A stretch of 64,000 nucleotides of DNA from Desulfatiglandales bacterium (lineage in GTDB: Bacteria; Desulfobacterota; DSM-4660; Desulfatiglandales; HGW-15). The translations under genes were made by a program, and so were the position numbers. The notes beneath the pieces are model-generated. The model did not search any database. It had not been told where the DNA came from and saw nothing but the letters and a program-made list of their open reading frames with translations. This document shows positions 30,991 to 40,148 of the stretch, piece by piece. Position 1 is the stretch's first letter. Each line of letters starts with the position of its first letter. The DNA is taken from positions 4,077,662-4,141,661 of the forward strand of contig CAXXJJ010000004.1 of NCBI GenBank assembly GCA_963667015.2, read 5' to 3'.

Positions 30991-31323
30991 TCACTTCAAT
31001 TTTCCATTTTTGCCGTAAGTTATTTTTTTGGTATTTGATATCTCGCTTTTTAAAATAGATTCCATAATTTTTGCGGACTCAGGATCTTTTTTTAACTCTT
31101 TAGCTATCTTTAAAGCTTTCTCCGAAATATCTAGTGTGTCACTCTGAATTAGAAGTTCTTTATGTTTTAAATCGAGCTCATCGGATTTTGTTTTTATCCT
31201 TGCTTGCTCAACTAATTCAGCCTTTATTGATTTCTCTTCTGGAGATTCAATTTTTTTTAAAATGAAATCAAGTATTTTGGCTCCAGCTGGTGCTAAAATT
31301 TTTGAAATCATGATCCGATCCAT
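30991..31323 (-). CDS. Cassette 1 hypothetical protein (inverted relative to array)
   Basis: 110-aa ORF between the attI-like site and attC1; start uncertain. Confidence 0.55.
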   Translation of the reverse strand: MDRIMISKILAPAGAKILDFILKKIESPEEKSIKAELVEQARIKTKSDELDLKHKELLIQSDTLDISEKALKIAKELKKDPESAKIMESILKSEISNTKKITYGKNGKLK

Positions 31324-31482
31324 TAATTAGTATTATTATATTAGCATTATTAGAATCCGCCTATATTTATTATCGGCTTTTTGTTATATAAACATAAATT
31401 TTAATTTTTATCAGACGGTCCTTATTAAAATATGAAAACTCCCTAGAATTATTTATAAAATTATAGTTTCGTTTAAATTTAA

Positions 31483-31611
31483 ATGTAACATTGCATTCAA
31501 GAGCGACTGTGCTATTTTTTTGCTATTTTTAAAGGTCTGGTATTAAGCAATCTTTCTAGGCATCAATAAGTACATTGGTTTGCACCGCACGGCCTGTAAT
31601 GCTTTTCGTTA
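31483..31611 (+). other. attC1 (R' core interrupted by intron; rejoined GTTA|GCC)
   Basis: ATGTAAC..GCATT...AATGC..CGTTA. Confidence 0.85.
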
Positions 31612-33567
31612 GTGCGCCAAGCGCAGCTTGGTGCTTCTTATAGAGTGACCTGTCACACTCAAGTAGTAAGGTATGACAGGAAGTCTTTATCGGGCAAAGC
31701 CTAGCCAGCAGCCCGTACCGAGTGTTGCGTGATTGGGAAGGATAGGCAGTATTATGATGCTGAACGACTCACACGAAGCGTACACAGGGAACACTATAGG
31801 CCGCAGGGAGGACGTACCCTCCTTAAGCAATTCAGCCCCGTTAGTTGCAATAGAGCAGTTGGCGACAGCCTTAACGAGTTGGAAGCCTGAATAATTGAAT
31901 CGCAATGGCAAGATTCATGAGAGGCTGCCGGGGTCCGAGAGCGTGGCATGTAGTGAGAGAAGCATCAGGAACTTGGGAGACCCTTAACGTCTCCTCCTTT
32001 AGAGAGGTAGGGAGTTACAACCAAAAGAAGGACAACCGAAGGACTTAAGGGAGTCAGATCATCTCATAGTACTCTGAGACGGTAGGGCCGATCACAGGAG
32101 CCTGCTTGGCAGGCCGGGGAAGGGGATGACGGTATTACGCAGTCCGCAAAGGAAACATATGCAGATAAGAAAGGCTGAACAACATATGCAAACCTCACTG
32201 CGGGGAATAGCAAAGAAAGCGAAGGAAGATCCTAAACACAAGTTCGGAAACCTCTACAGTCTCCTGAACGAGAGAAACCTAAAATGGAGCTTTCCTCAGC
32301 TAAACAGGAAAGCTGCCCCCGGAATAGATGACGTTGACTATAAAGAATTCAAATCCAATCTGGATGAGAATATCAGGAATATAGTCATGGATTTGAAGGG
32401 TAAGAGGTATAAGGCAAAGCTTGTACGTCGTCGTTATATACCCAAATCCGGGGGAAGAAGACCTCTGGGGATACCTGTTGTAGGAGACAAGACATTACAA
32501 ACGGCAGCAGCCTCGATACTATCAGCAATATATGAGGCAGATTTTATGCCGTTCAGTCATGGATACCGGAGAGGAAGAGGACCTCAGAAAGCGGCATTGA
32601 AACTAAGTGAACTGATCCACAGAGGAAAGTTCCGGTGGATAGTTGATGCTGATATCAAGGGGTTCTTTGACAATCTAAATCATGACTGGCTGATCCGCAT
32701 GTTGTCTGAGCGAATCAAAGATAAATCATTTCTTGGACTAATAAGGAAATGGTTAAAGGCAGGGATACTGGAGGAAGATGGTCAGGTGATATATCCTGTA
32801 ACCGGAACTCCACAGGGCGGCACAGTATCGGCAGTTCTTGCAAATATTTATCTTCATTATGCGCTGGATATATGGTTTGAGAAAGTAGTAAAGTCACGGT
32901 GCGATGGAGATGTAATACTGATGAGATATGCTGATGATTTTGTTGTCTGTTTTCAGTATCACCGGGATGCTCGAAGATTTTATAATGAACTGGGCGGAAG
33001 GCTCGGAAAGTTTGGTCTTGAGTTATCACAGGAAAAGACAAGAATGATTGAATTTACAAGGTTTATAACCGAAGGGAGTAATGTATTTACCTTTCTGGGT
33101 TTTGAATACCGCTGGGGCGTGAGCAGGAAAGGAAAGCCTTTAGTAAAGATGCGAACGTCAAAGGGTAAATTCAAGGCAGCAATAGCCAACTTCTTATCCT
33201 GGATCAAGAAAGAGCGCAGTAAGCTTGGAACAAGGGCATTGTTCGTGAAGATGAGGCAGAAACTGCAGGGACACTTTAACTACTATGGAGTAAGTGGCAA
33301 TATTGAAATGCTTATGAAATATTACCATGAAGCCTTGGAGATAATGTTTAAGTGGCTGAACCGCAGGAGCCAACGGAAAAGCTGTACGTTTAAAAGGTTC
33401 ATAGGGATGGTTGAATATTTTAAAATACCCCGTCCCCGAATAATAGGATATTGGGATTAACCGATCGCTTTTGTACGAAGCGAGTAATACTGAGGAGCCT
33501 TGTGCGGGAAAACCGCACGCAGGGATCTGCGAGGGGACGGTCAGGTAACTGGCCGTTCTACCTTGAT
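31612..33567 (+). mobile_element. Group II intron, copy 1 (1956 bp)
   Basis: 5' GTGCG; domain V GAGCCTTGTGCGGGAAAACCGCACGCAGGGATC (33495-33527); domain VI with bulged A; 3' ..GAT; ends defined by comparison with copy 2. Confidence 0.95.
32186..33460 (+). CDS. ltrA: Group II intron reverse transcriptase/maturase, no endonuclease domain
   Basis: RPLGIP, DADIKGFFD, GTPQGG, RYADDF, FLGF, X domain GHFNYY; start may be 32126-32186. Confidence 0.95.
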   Translation: MQTSLRGIAKKAKEDPKHKFGNLYSLLNERNLKWSFPQLNRKAAPGIDDVDYKEFKSNLDENIRNIVMDLKGKRYKAKLVRRRYIPKSGGRRPLGIPVVGDKTLQTAAASILSAIYEADFMPFSHGYRRGRGPQKAALKLSELIHRGKFRWIVDADIKGFFDNLNHDWLIRMLSERIKDKSFLGLIRKWLKAGILEEDGQVIYPVTGTPQGGTVSAVLANIYLHYALDIWFEKVVKSRCDGDVILMRYADDFVVCFQYHRDARRFYNELGGRLGKFGLELSQEKTRMIEFTRFITEGSNVFTFLGFEYRWGVSRKGKPLVKMRTSKGKFKAAIANFLSWIKKERSKLGTRALFVKMRQKLQGHFNYYGVSGNIEMLMKYYHEALEIMFKWLNRRSQRKSCTFKRFIGMVEYFKIPRPRIIGYWD

Positions 33568-33583
33568 GCCAAGGATGATGAAC

Positions 33584-33922
33584 ATGAAAATATTTACTGA
33601 AAGCCCATATCAGCATGTCATTGAATTCATCGATGTGGCAGTAAACTCAGATGAATTAATGAAGTGGCTCAGCAACTTAGAAACATTACCTGACAATCTT
33701 CGCAGTGATCATCTTGCACGAATGAAATCTAAAATGTTATCAAACAAGGAGTCGGAAAAAATAATTGATATTGTTGAATCAATAAATAACCGTGAGATAT
33801 TATCTGCTGCTAATTTAGTTATAAAGGATGTACATAGCTCAGGAATGAAGACAAAGAAATATCTTAAAAAAAATAACAACGAAAACTTCAATGTGCTTAT
33901 AAGTCTGATGGCTTCGATTTAA
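33584..33922 (+). CDS. Cassette 2 hypothetical protein
   Basis: AAGGA RBS just after intron end; stop 15 bp before attC2. Confidence 0.7.
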   Translation: MKIFTESPYQHVIEFIDVAVNSDELMKWLSNLETLPDNLRSDHLARMKSKMLSNKESEKIIDIVESINNREILSAANLVIKDVHSSGMKTKKYLKKNNNENFNVLISLMASI

Positions 33923-33937
33923 TCATGGTAATATTTT

Positions 33938-34068
33938 GGCTAACAATGGTATCTACTAAGACCGGGCTAATATCTTGCCAGATCGAGCTTCGTACAATTA
34001 AATCATTATTTACATTTGCAAATGTTTTTCAAATTAATCCGCCCGGCTTGTAATACCTGGCGTTAGAA
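33938..34068 (+). other. attC2
   Basis: GGCTAAC..GGTAT..AAGACCGGGC...GCCCGGCTT..ATACC..GTTAGAA. Confidence 0.88.
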
Positions 34069-34075
34069 AGATTTA

Positions 34076-34531
34076 ATGATGAATAATTACACTATAACCA
34101 GTAAATTTTTTCTCTATGGTACAAGGATTACAGCTCCTGTTATTTCCTTTTTCTTAACTTTTTCTCAGGTTCTACTCATCCTCTTTTTTTTCGATAGTAT
34201 CAGTGATAAAAATCTTAATGGTACATTTGGTATTATTTTAGTTTTTTCACTTTTGACTCTTTTAAATTACCATATAATTTCAATAATATTTCGATCCAGG
34301 CATATTTGCATGAATTCCGATGGTTTCTATTTCAATAATACAACTATCCCATGGCATGGTATTTCCAAAATTACTCTTCATCCCCAATATTTTACATTGG
34401 CATATTATAAAGATAGGAAAATTAAAAAAGTTATTGGGCATTGGGCTCTGTTTGCTGGTCAGTCTAAAAATTTAATACACTATAAAGCTCATGAACATAA
34501 TATTACACTAAAAAGAAAATTTATTTTCTAA
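34076..34531 (+). CDS. Cassette 3 membrane protein
   Basis: Two TM; stop codon lies inside R'' TTCTAAC. Confidence 0.7.
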   Translation: MMNNYTITSKFFLYGTRITAPVISFFLTFSQVLLILFFFDSISDKNLNGTFGIILVFSLLTLLNYHIISIIFRSRHICMNSDGFYFNNTTIPWHGISKITLHPQYFTLAYYKDRKIKKVIGHWALFAGQSKNLIHYKAHEHNITLKRKFIF

Positions 34532-34590
34532 CCAACAAAATCAACGTGACCGGCGGAAAAGCTCGCCGGCTCGTTATTTAGGCGTTAACT
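34526..34590 (+). other. attC3
   Basis: TTCTAAC..AACGTGACCGGCG-loop-CGCCGGCTCGTT..GTTAACT. Confidence 0.88.
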
Positions 34591-34616
34591 GTTTCAATGA
34601 ATAAACAAAGCTACCT

Positions 34617-35027
34617 ATGATAAATATAATTGCGGCCATTATAGAAAAAGATGGGAAGTATTTACTTTCAAAGCGTTCAACAGAATTAAAGAACTATCCT
34701 GGGTATTGGTCTCCTATTTGTGGTCAAGTTGAAAAAGGTGAATCGCAAGAAGACGCTGTGGAGAGAGAATCGAAAGAAGAAGTAAATCTTGATATAAAGG
34801 CAAAAGACAAGATTTGTGAATATGTAACAAACGATAATTCAGGAAAATTACACTGGTGGTCAACTGAAATACTATCGGGAGAAGCAAAAGTCGTTTCTGA
34901 TGAACTTGCTGAAATTAGATGGGTAACAATTCAAGAAATGAAGAGAATGCACCAGATGAATAAGGAAGATTGTAAAGTATTTGAGACTTATAATTCTAAA
35001 AAGTGCATGATACTAAAACACAGTTAA
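34617..35027 (+). CDS. Cassette 4 NUDIX hydrolase
   Basis: GQVEKGESQEDAVERESKEEV. Confidence 0.85.
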   Translation: MINIIAAIIEKDGKYLLSKRSTELKNYPGYWSPICGQVEKGESQEDAVERESKEEVNLDIKAKDKICEYVTNDNSGKLHWWSTEILSGEAKVVSDELAEIRWVTIQEMKRMHQMNKEDCKVFETYNSKKCMILKHS

Positions 35028-35148
35028 CCATTCATTCAACGTGACGTGCTTACTATCTTGCCAAATCGGTCTTTAAAGGTTCGCAACATTCAATCTTCTA
35101 AGATTCTTTATTGGCAGGAATCGCACGCTCGTTAATTCTACGTTAACT
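35022..35148 (+). other. attC4
   Basis: AGTTAAC..AACGTGACGTGC...GCACGCTCGTT..GTTAACT. Confidence 0.88.
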
Positions 35149-35165
35149 CAAAACGAAAGAAGAAC

Positions 35166-35873
35166 ATGAAATCACAAAATGAAATCAATAGAATATCAAA
35201 AAGATTTGAAATAGCCCTTTCAAACTTTGGAAGAAGTTGTATCGATCTACAAGCCAATGAGAAAGCTTTCCAAGCTTGGTTTTCGGCATGTATCATCCAA
35301 GAATTTGGCTTGTCACGTGTTTATAGGGAGATACATCTAAGGAAATCTGATTTATTTAATTTGTCTCATCCTAATAAGCTAACAAAGGCTTTAGAAAAAG
35401 GTAACGAATTATTCCCTGATATTTCAGTTTCGTGATTACCTGATATTGATGCAAGACATTCGAGTACTAGAGTAAATGATCTGAGAAAAGCAGGAGCATT
35501 ACTTTGCGAGTTCGCTATAATCTCAGAGCTCAAAATAACTGGCAGCACTCTGCACCCAACGCCTCCAAAGGCAATAATATCAGATGTATCCAAACTTTTA
35601 ATTTTTTCGGAAGCACATAGCAAATTTTTAAAGCAAAACAAGAAACAAAATAAACTAAAATGCTATATGGTTATCTTTGATAATTCTATAAATTCAAACG
35701 GTTCATTCAAAAGGTCATATTCAAAAGATAAAATTGATAAAATCCTAAAGGAACCTCTTTCTTTTTGGCCGAGTAATGTAGCAAAGCCTGACTTGGCTTT
35801 GATATCACCAGGTGATAATTCTGCTAATCTTTCAATATTGAGAGATCTTTCAAATTGGGTTGACTTTCAATAG
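35166..35873 (+). pseudogene. Cassette 5 gene with one internal in-frame TGA
   Basis: ORFs 35166-35435 and 35667-35873 share a frame that is open apart from TGA at 35433; PD..ELK spacing hints at a PD-(D/E)xK fold. Confidence 0.7.
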
Positions 35874-35877
35874 ACTG

Positions 35878-35963
35878 AGTTAACAATCAGCTACACCAGA
35901 CCCCGGAGGGTTCCTTGCTTGATAAGGCAAATCACGGCGGGGCTGGTGAGCAAAACGTTGTGC
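35878..35963 (+). other. attC5
   Basis: AGTTAAC..CACCAGACCC...GGGCTGGTG..GTTGTGC. Confidence 0.88.
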
Positions 35964-36007
35964 TTCTTTATCATAAATCTTGGGCTCTGGTTATCATGGA
36001 GATTTAA

Positions 36008-36430
36008 ATGTTAAAAAATATAATTTTATTCTTGATATTTATAACGAGCAGTACATATGCAATAGAATCTCGAAAATATAATTTTAATTTGCATAATGTT
36101 AATAAAATTATCATTGGGACATATCAGAAAATAGTTATAACTAGACCTGAAGAGATTAAGTTCATAATAAATGAGCTAAGTGATATTAAAGAACCTGTTG
36201 GAATTGATACAATTACTCATTATAATGTCTTCTTTTATGAAGATGATAAAGAAATACTTGTATTGGGACTGTATATGGATTTTAGTTACCCCGGATCTAG
36301 TTTCATCAGGCATCATACAAAGGATAATGAGAATTGTGCGGTATGTGACTATTTAATAAGTAGATCATTTTTTGATTTTTTGAAAAGTAAACTGCGAAAT
36401 CAAACCAAAGTGGATACCCCATTAGAGTAA
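36008..36430 (+). CDS. Cassette 6 putative exported protein
   Basis: GGAG RBS, signal peptide (..STYA/IE). Confidence 0.7.
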   Translation: MLKNIILFLIFITSSTYAIESRKYNFNLHNVNKIIIGTYQKIVITRPEEIKFIINELSDIKEPVGIDTITHYNVFFYEDDKEILVLGLYMDFSYPGSSFIRHHTKDNENCAVCDYLISRSFFDFLKSKLRNQTKVDTPLE

Positions 36431-36573
36431 CCGCTTAGAGACTACATTAAAAATAATAATGCACAACGAATAAGGATAGATTGTGCGGAGCCACAATCTT
36501 ATCCAATGGTTGAACAAGCCCGTGTCTATATAAAGAAAATATATATATCCGAGAAGCTGACAGGTAATGGAAC

Positions 36574-36651
36574 TTAAAGTATAGCGGAAAGCAAAAGGCA
36601 GACCGGTACGCTGACCTTAAAAAAGGCCTTTAAAGTGATTGTAATCTTCAT
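36574..36651 (-). CDS. 25-aa hydrophobic peptide within IS91-like element
   Basis: GGAGGT RBS; MKITITLKAFFKVSVPVCLLLSAIL. Confidence 0.35.
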   Translation of the reverse strand: MKITITLKAFFKVSVPVCLLLSAIL

Positions 36652-36706
36652 AAACAAAGCTACCTCCGTGTTATAAAAGCAAGAGGGGCAATTTCCAGAT
36701 TAAGGT

Positions 36707-37753
36707 CTATTCCGAGTTGCAAACAGGCTTTCTAAACTTAACAATAGTCATCAGCGACTTACAATGGCTGCATTTAAAAGCAGGCCTTGGACGTATCGGG
36801 ATTTTATCAATAACGACTCTCAATATTACCTGAATCAGAGAACGTATTTTCTTAGCATTACTGTGAAGGAAGCCATAATCCCTGACTCTCCTGAAGCCTT
36901 TGGGAAGTACATGTTGCAGTAGAAGTTTAATAAAATCTTCCCCATCCATTGTGCGGTATTTTACAATCTTATTGTTATCAATATACTTAAAGGTTATCTT
37001 TCCATCCCGGTTTGCAATGATATTTTTTTCGCTGATAACGCCACGGTATAAATACCGGGCAAGATACTTGAGGGCAGTAATGCCTGCTCCAACATGTTCG
37101 CAGTCAGCCACCCATTTTTTGGGTGCATTTTTAGGGATGGAAAAGCCGGCATTATTTAGCTCATGTAAAAAGCGGGCGCGGAAAACTTTAGCCATGGCTT
37201 TTTCATTAAAGAGGTATTTGCCTTTTTTCTTTTTCCATTGTTTGGATTTTTTATCCACTCCACCTGCCGGAATGATGACATGAACATGTGGATGATAATC
37301 CAGATTTCTGTTATTAGTATGCAGAACAATGGTCATACCGACTTTAGCCCCCAGTTTTTTTGGGTTAGCAGCAAAATCCTTTAGAGTGGATGCTGCACAG
37401 GAGAATAAAAAGGGGTATATCTCTTTTTGATGGTGCATGGCTAAAGGCCTGAAAGAATATGGCAGTGTGAAGGTAACCATAAAATAAGGTGCAGGCAGCA
37501 GCTTTTGCTGTTGTCGGTCAAGCCACCTGCTGGTTTCATGGTTCTGGCATTTAGGACAACTTCGGTGACCACAGGACATGGGGTTCCATTGGGAATGTCC
37601 GCACTGGTTGCAGATTGTATATACTTCTCCGGAATCAGGAGTTCTGCATCTACGAATGGCATTAAGTGCGCTTAAATGTCCTGGTAGTAGGGTACTGGAA
37701 TGTTTAGCCATAAATGAGTCGTAATATTGGTTGATGATAGATGCCAGTTCCAT
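36707..37753 (-). CDS. IS91-family (Y2/HUH) transposase
   Basis: Zn motif SCGHRSCPKC, VTFTLP, HUH HPHVH, YLARY. Confidence 0.93.
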   Translation of the reverse strand: MELASIINQYYDSFMAKHSSTLLPGHLSALNAIRRCRTPDSGEVYTICNQCGHSQWNPMSCGHRSCPKCQNHETSRWLDRQQQKLLPAPYFMVTFTLPYSFRPLAMHHQKEIYPFLFSCAASTLKDFAANPKKLGAKVGMTIVLHTNNRNLDYHPHVHVIIPAGGVDKKSKQWKKKKGKYLFNEKAMAKVFRARFLHELNNAGFSIPKNAPKKWVADCEHVGAGITALKYLARYLYRGVISEKNIIANRDGKITFKYIDNNKIVKYRTMDGEDFIKLLLQHVLPKGFRRVRDYGFLHSNAKKIRSLIQVILRVVIDKIPIRPRPAFKCSHCKSLMTIVKFRKPVCNSE

Positions 37754-37755
37754 GA

Positions 37756-38660
37756 TTACACCTTCTTCAAATCAACATGAATGGAGTTGATCAGCTCATT
37801 GATTTTAACAAGACTGTCATTCTCGGTAATATCTGTCAGGTGAGCATAGCGAGCGGTAGTTTCAGGGGTGGCATGCCCGAGTATAGCCTGGATATGTCTG
37901 AGACTCAGGCCGCGCTCAAGCAGGTGTGTTGCGAAGCTGTGACGAAGGGAATGGATATGGACTTTTTTTTAATGCCGCATTCCTTAACAACTACCTGCAT
38001 AGCCTTCTGAGTTCCGCCTGTGTCCATGTGATTAGTTGCCTGTTGGATTTTATCAGGAGAGCCCGTGGCATTAGGGAAAAGCCATACAGGGTTTTTGTGT
38101 TTTGACCATAACTCACGCAGAGCTTCTAAGGTAAGATCCGGCAATGGAACTAAACGGTCTTTATGACCTTTACCACGCCGGATATGGACCTTCTTTCTTT
38201 CAGCATCGATATCGCTGGTTTGAAGATGTAATGCTTCCTGCAAACGAAGTCCCATGGAATATGTAGTCAGTAGAAAAACCCTGTATCGGAGTTTTCTTGT
38301 TGCACCTATTATGCGCTCTATTTCACCGGGTGTAAGAATATCAGGCAGGGTATATACTTTGGGAGGCTTAATAATATCTATCCACTCCCATTTTTTCTGG
38401 ACAACGTGTTTCCAGAAGAACTGAAGTCCAAGACGGTCCAATTTGACAGTGCTCCAGGAATGAGAATCAACCAGGTCAGAAAAATACTGTTCAAGTTGGT
38501 CCGGGGTAAGCTGATCAGGACAGCAGTCAAAATGCTCTTTTATCCGGCGCACCGCCCTTGAATAGGCATCAATAGTGCTTTGACTTTTACCCTGAAGTTT
38601 GAGTATTCTTAGGTGTCTTTCATAAAGGTCATTAAATCTTTCTGTTTCTTTTTTGTTCAT
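37756..38660 (-). CDS. Tyrosine recombinase completed by a -1 frameshift
   Basis: Frame 0 has [33 protein letters not shown] lies in the -1 frame after A AAA AAG (37968-37962). Confidence 0.85.
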
Positions 38661-38760
38661 AGTGTATCTCCTTTTATTATTTTTTGTGCCCTGAATTGAG
38701 CATACATCAGGAGCATACACTATTTATTATTTTTCTGCCGCGCAAGCGGCTTCGTTCAAC

Positions 38761-38825
38761 ATGGCGTTCTATTCGGAATTGTGCTCCGCCTTGCTCCGCA
38801 CAATCCGGTATACTTTTCGTTAAAG
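38761..38825 (+). other. attC6 remainder (R'' GCACAAC left at 36461-36467)
   Basis: CGGAATTGTGC...GCACAATCCG stem ending in GTTAAAG. Confidence 0.82.
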
Positions 38826-38835
38826 GGTCAGTAAA

Positions 38836-39147
38836 ATGGACAAAAGTGGAACTAAAAATTATAGAAGGAAAAGCGCATGGTTTTATTTAGCATTATTTCT
38901 TTTCCTAGCTGGTAATTCATTTGCTACTGCATTTGCATCGCATAGTTTTTCACATATTTTAATAGGCATCGGCTTTGCTATTTTTGGATTTACCTATTTC
39001 AAAAATCCTATAAAGTTGAATAAGCCAGTTACTGAAATTATCACAGATCATGAAGTTGGTGTCACCAAAGAAAATTTACTTTTAGACTTTATTGCTATCG
39101 TTCTTATTATAGTAGGCCATTTACTTCATTGGACAATTGACCTTTAA
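38836..39147 (+). CDS. Cassette 7 small membrane protein
   Basis: Three TM; stop within CTTTAAC. Confidence 0.7.
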   Translation: MDKSGTKNYRRKSAWFYLALFLFLAGNSFATAFASHSFSHILIGIGFAIFGFTYFKNPIKLNKPVTEIITDHEVGVTKENLLLDFIAIVLIIVGHLLHWTIDL

Positions 39148-39267
39148 CACGTTCAAGGTGACCTGGCTACTATATCGCTGAGCAGGCACAGTCAATATTA
39201 ACAAGCATCTTAGGAGTATGGAGCTAGTAAACATAAGGCCGCTAGGCTCCTTAACTTCACGTTATAC
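39142..39267 (+). other. attC7
   Basis: CTTTAAC..AAGGTGACCTGGC...GCTAGGCTCCTT..GTTATAC. Confidence 0.85.
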
Positions 39268-39277
39268 GCGAACCAAC

Positions 39278-39739
39278 ATGAAAGATAGTTCTAATATGAA
39301 TACTCAAGAATTTGTGAGAGAAAGAGTTTCAAAATATTATTGGAAAGACGATATTAATTGTGCGGAGACAACTCTAAAGGTGCTGTCTGAGCACTTTAAT
39401 GTTGGATTAAACGAAGATGTATTTCAATCTTGTTGCGGACTTCCTGGTGCAGGGCAATGTGGCGCTCTATGTGGGATAGTATCTGGCACCATTATGTTTT
39501 TAGGTATTTCAGGTAATAGAAATAAATTTCAATCCAAGCTGATATCTGAATATTGTAAAAGATTCACAAATGATTTTAAGAGTAAGTTTAAAAGCGTTCA
39601 ATGCGGTGTGCTAAGACCTGAAGGATTTCACCCTGACAATCCACCTCACATTTGTGAACGTCTGACTTGTGATGCCTTGGAATTATCTATAAGTCTGTTA
39701 TCAAAGTTTTATAGTATTCAAGACTATGAAAGCGTATAA
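39278..39739 (+). CDS. Cassette 8 C-GCAxxG-C-C family putative redox protein
   Basis: NCAE..GALCGIVSG..VQC..ICE; start placed inside the cassette boundary. Confidence 0.8.
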   Translation: MKDSSNMNTQEFVRERVSKYYWKDDINCAETTLKVLSEHFNVGLNEDVFQSCCGLPGAGQCGALCGIVSGTIMFLGISGNRNKFQSKLISEYCKRFTNDFKSKFKSVQCGVLRPEGFHPDNPPHICERLTCDALELSISLLSKFYSIQDYESV

Positions 39740-39862
39740 CAATAAAAATTAACAAGGACATGCTACTATATCGCCGAATCGGTCTTTAAAGGTTTGCGAA
39801 AGTCATTAAACTAAATAAACTTCAAAGGTAGGCGCCGTATGCCTGTAATGCAGGCGTTAGAT
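39734..39862 (+). other. attC8
   Basis: GTATAAC..AGGACATGC...GTATGCCTGT..GTTAGAT. Confidence 0.85.
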
Positions 39863-39878
39863 TAAGGAAGGTACAAAT

Positions 39879-40121
39879 ATGACCAGTCCAAATGATCTAG
39901 TAGTTGTTTATGCAGGTGATCCATTTGAAACAGATTATGTAAAATGGACGTTAGAAAATAATGGAATCCAGGCCTTCTTGAAAGATGAAATTCTTGGCTC
40001 AATTGCACCTTATTATACTGCAGGTGGACTTGGCGCGGTAAAGGTTACAGTAGCTCAAAGGGATATAGAAGAGGTAAATGAAATTATTCAGCAAATAAAT
40101 AAAATGAATTCTGAAGAATAG
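39879..40121 (+). CDS. Cassette 9 DUF2007-like putative signal-transducing protein
   Basis: LENNGIQAFLKDE..GGLGAVKVTV. Confidence 0.75.
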   Translation: MTSPNDLVVVYAGDPFETDYVKWTLENNGIQAFLKDEILGSIAPYYTAGGLGAVKVTVAQRDIEEVNEIIQQINKMNSEE

Positions 40122-40148
40122 TTATCGTTTTTCTAAACCCAAATTTAA

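Larger units (their letters stand above)
36468..38760 (-). mobile_element. IS91-family element with upstream tyrosine recombinase, inserted in attC6 R''
   Basis: Flanked by GCACAAC| and TTCGTTCAAC|; subterminal hairpins GGATAGATTGTG/CACAATCTTATCC and GCCGC-GCAA-GCGGC; removing it restores attC6. Confidence 0.85.

Noticed and set aside
31687..31911. 74-aa minus-strand ORF (and copy at 40305-40529)
   Set aside because: Antisense to intron domain I; duplicated only because the intron is
32126..33460. Retron, DGR or CRISPR-associated RT
   Set aside because: Complete group II intron RNA ends and domains V/VI, maturase X domain, and two dispersed copies
33500..33583. ORF-track N-terminal extensions of cassette genes (also 39218-39277)
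   Set aside because: They run through intron domains V/VI or attC7; real starts must lie inside the cassettes
35433..35470. Selenocysteine read-through of the cassette 5 TGA
   Set aside because: No Cys-based redox motif or SECIS-like hairpin; a Trp nonsense mutation is simpler
37756..38660. This recombinase as the missing integron integrase
   Set aside because: Lies mid-array inside the IS91-like unit, not next to attI, and shows no evident IntI-specific insertion before HxxR
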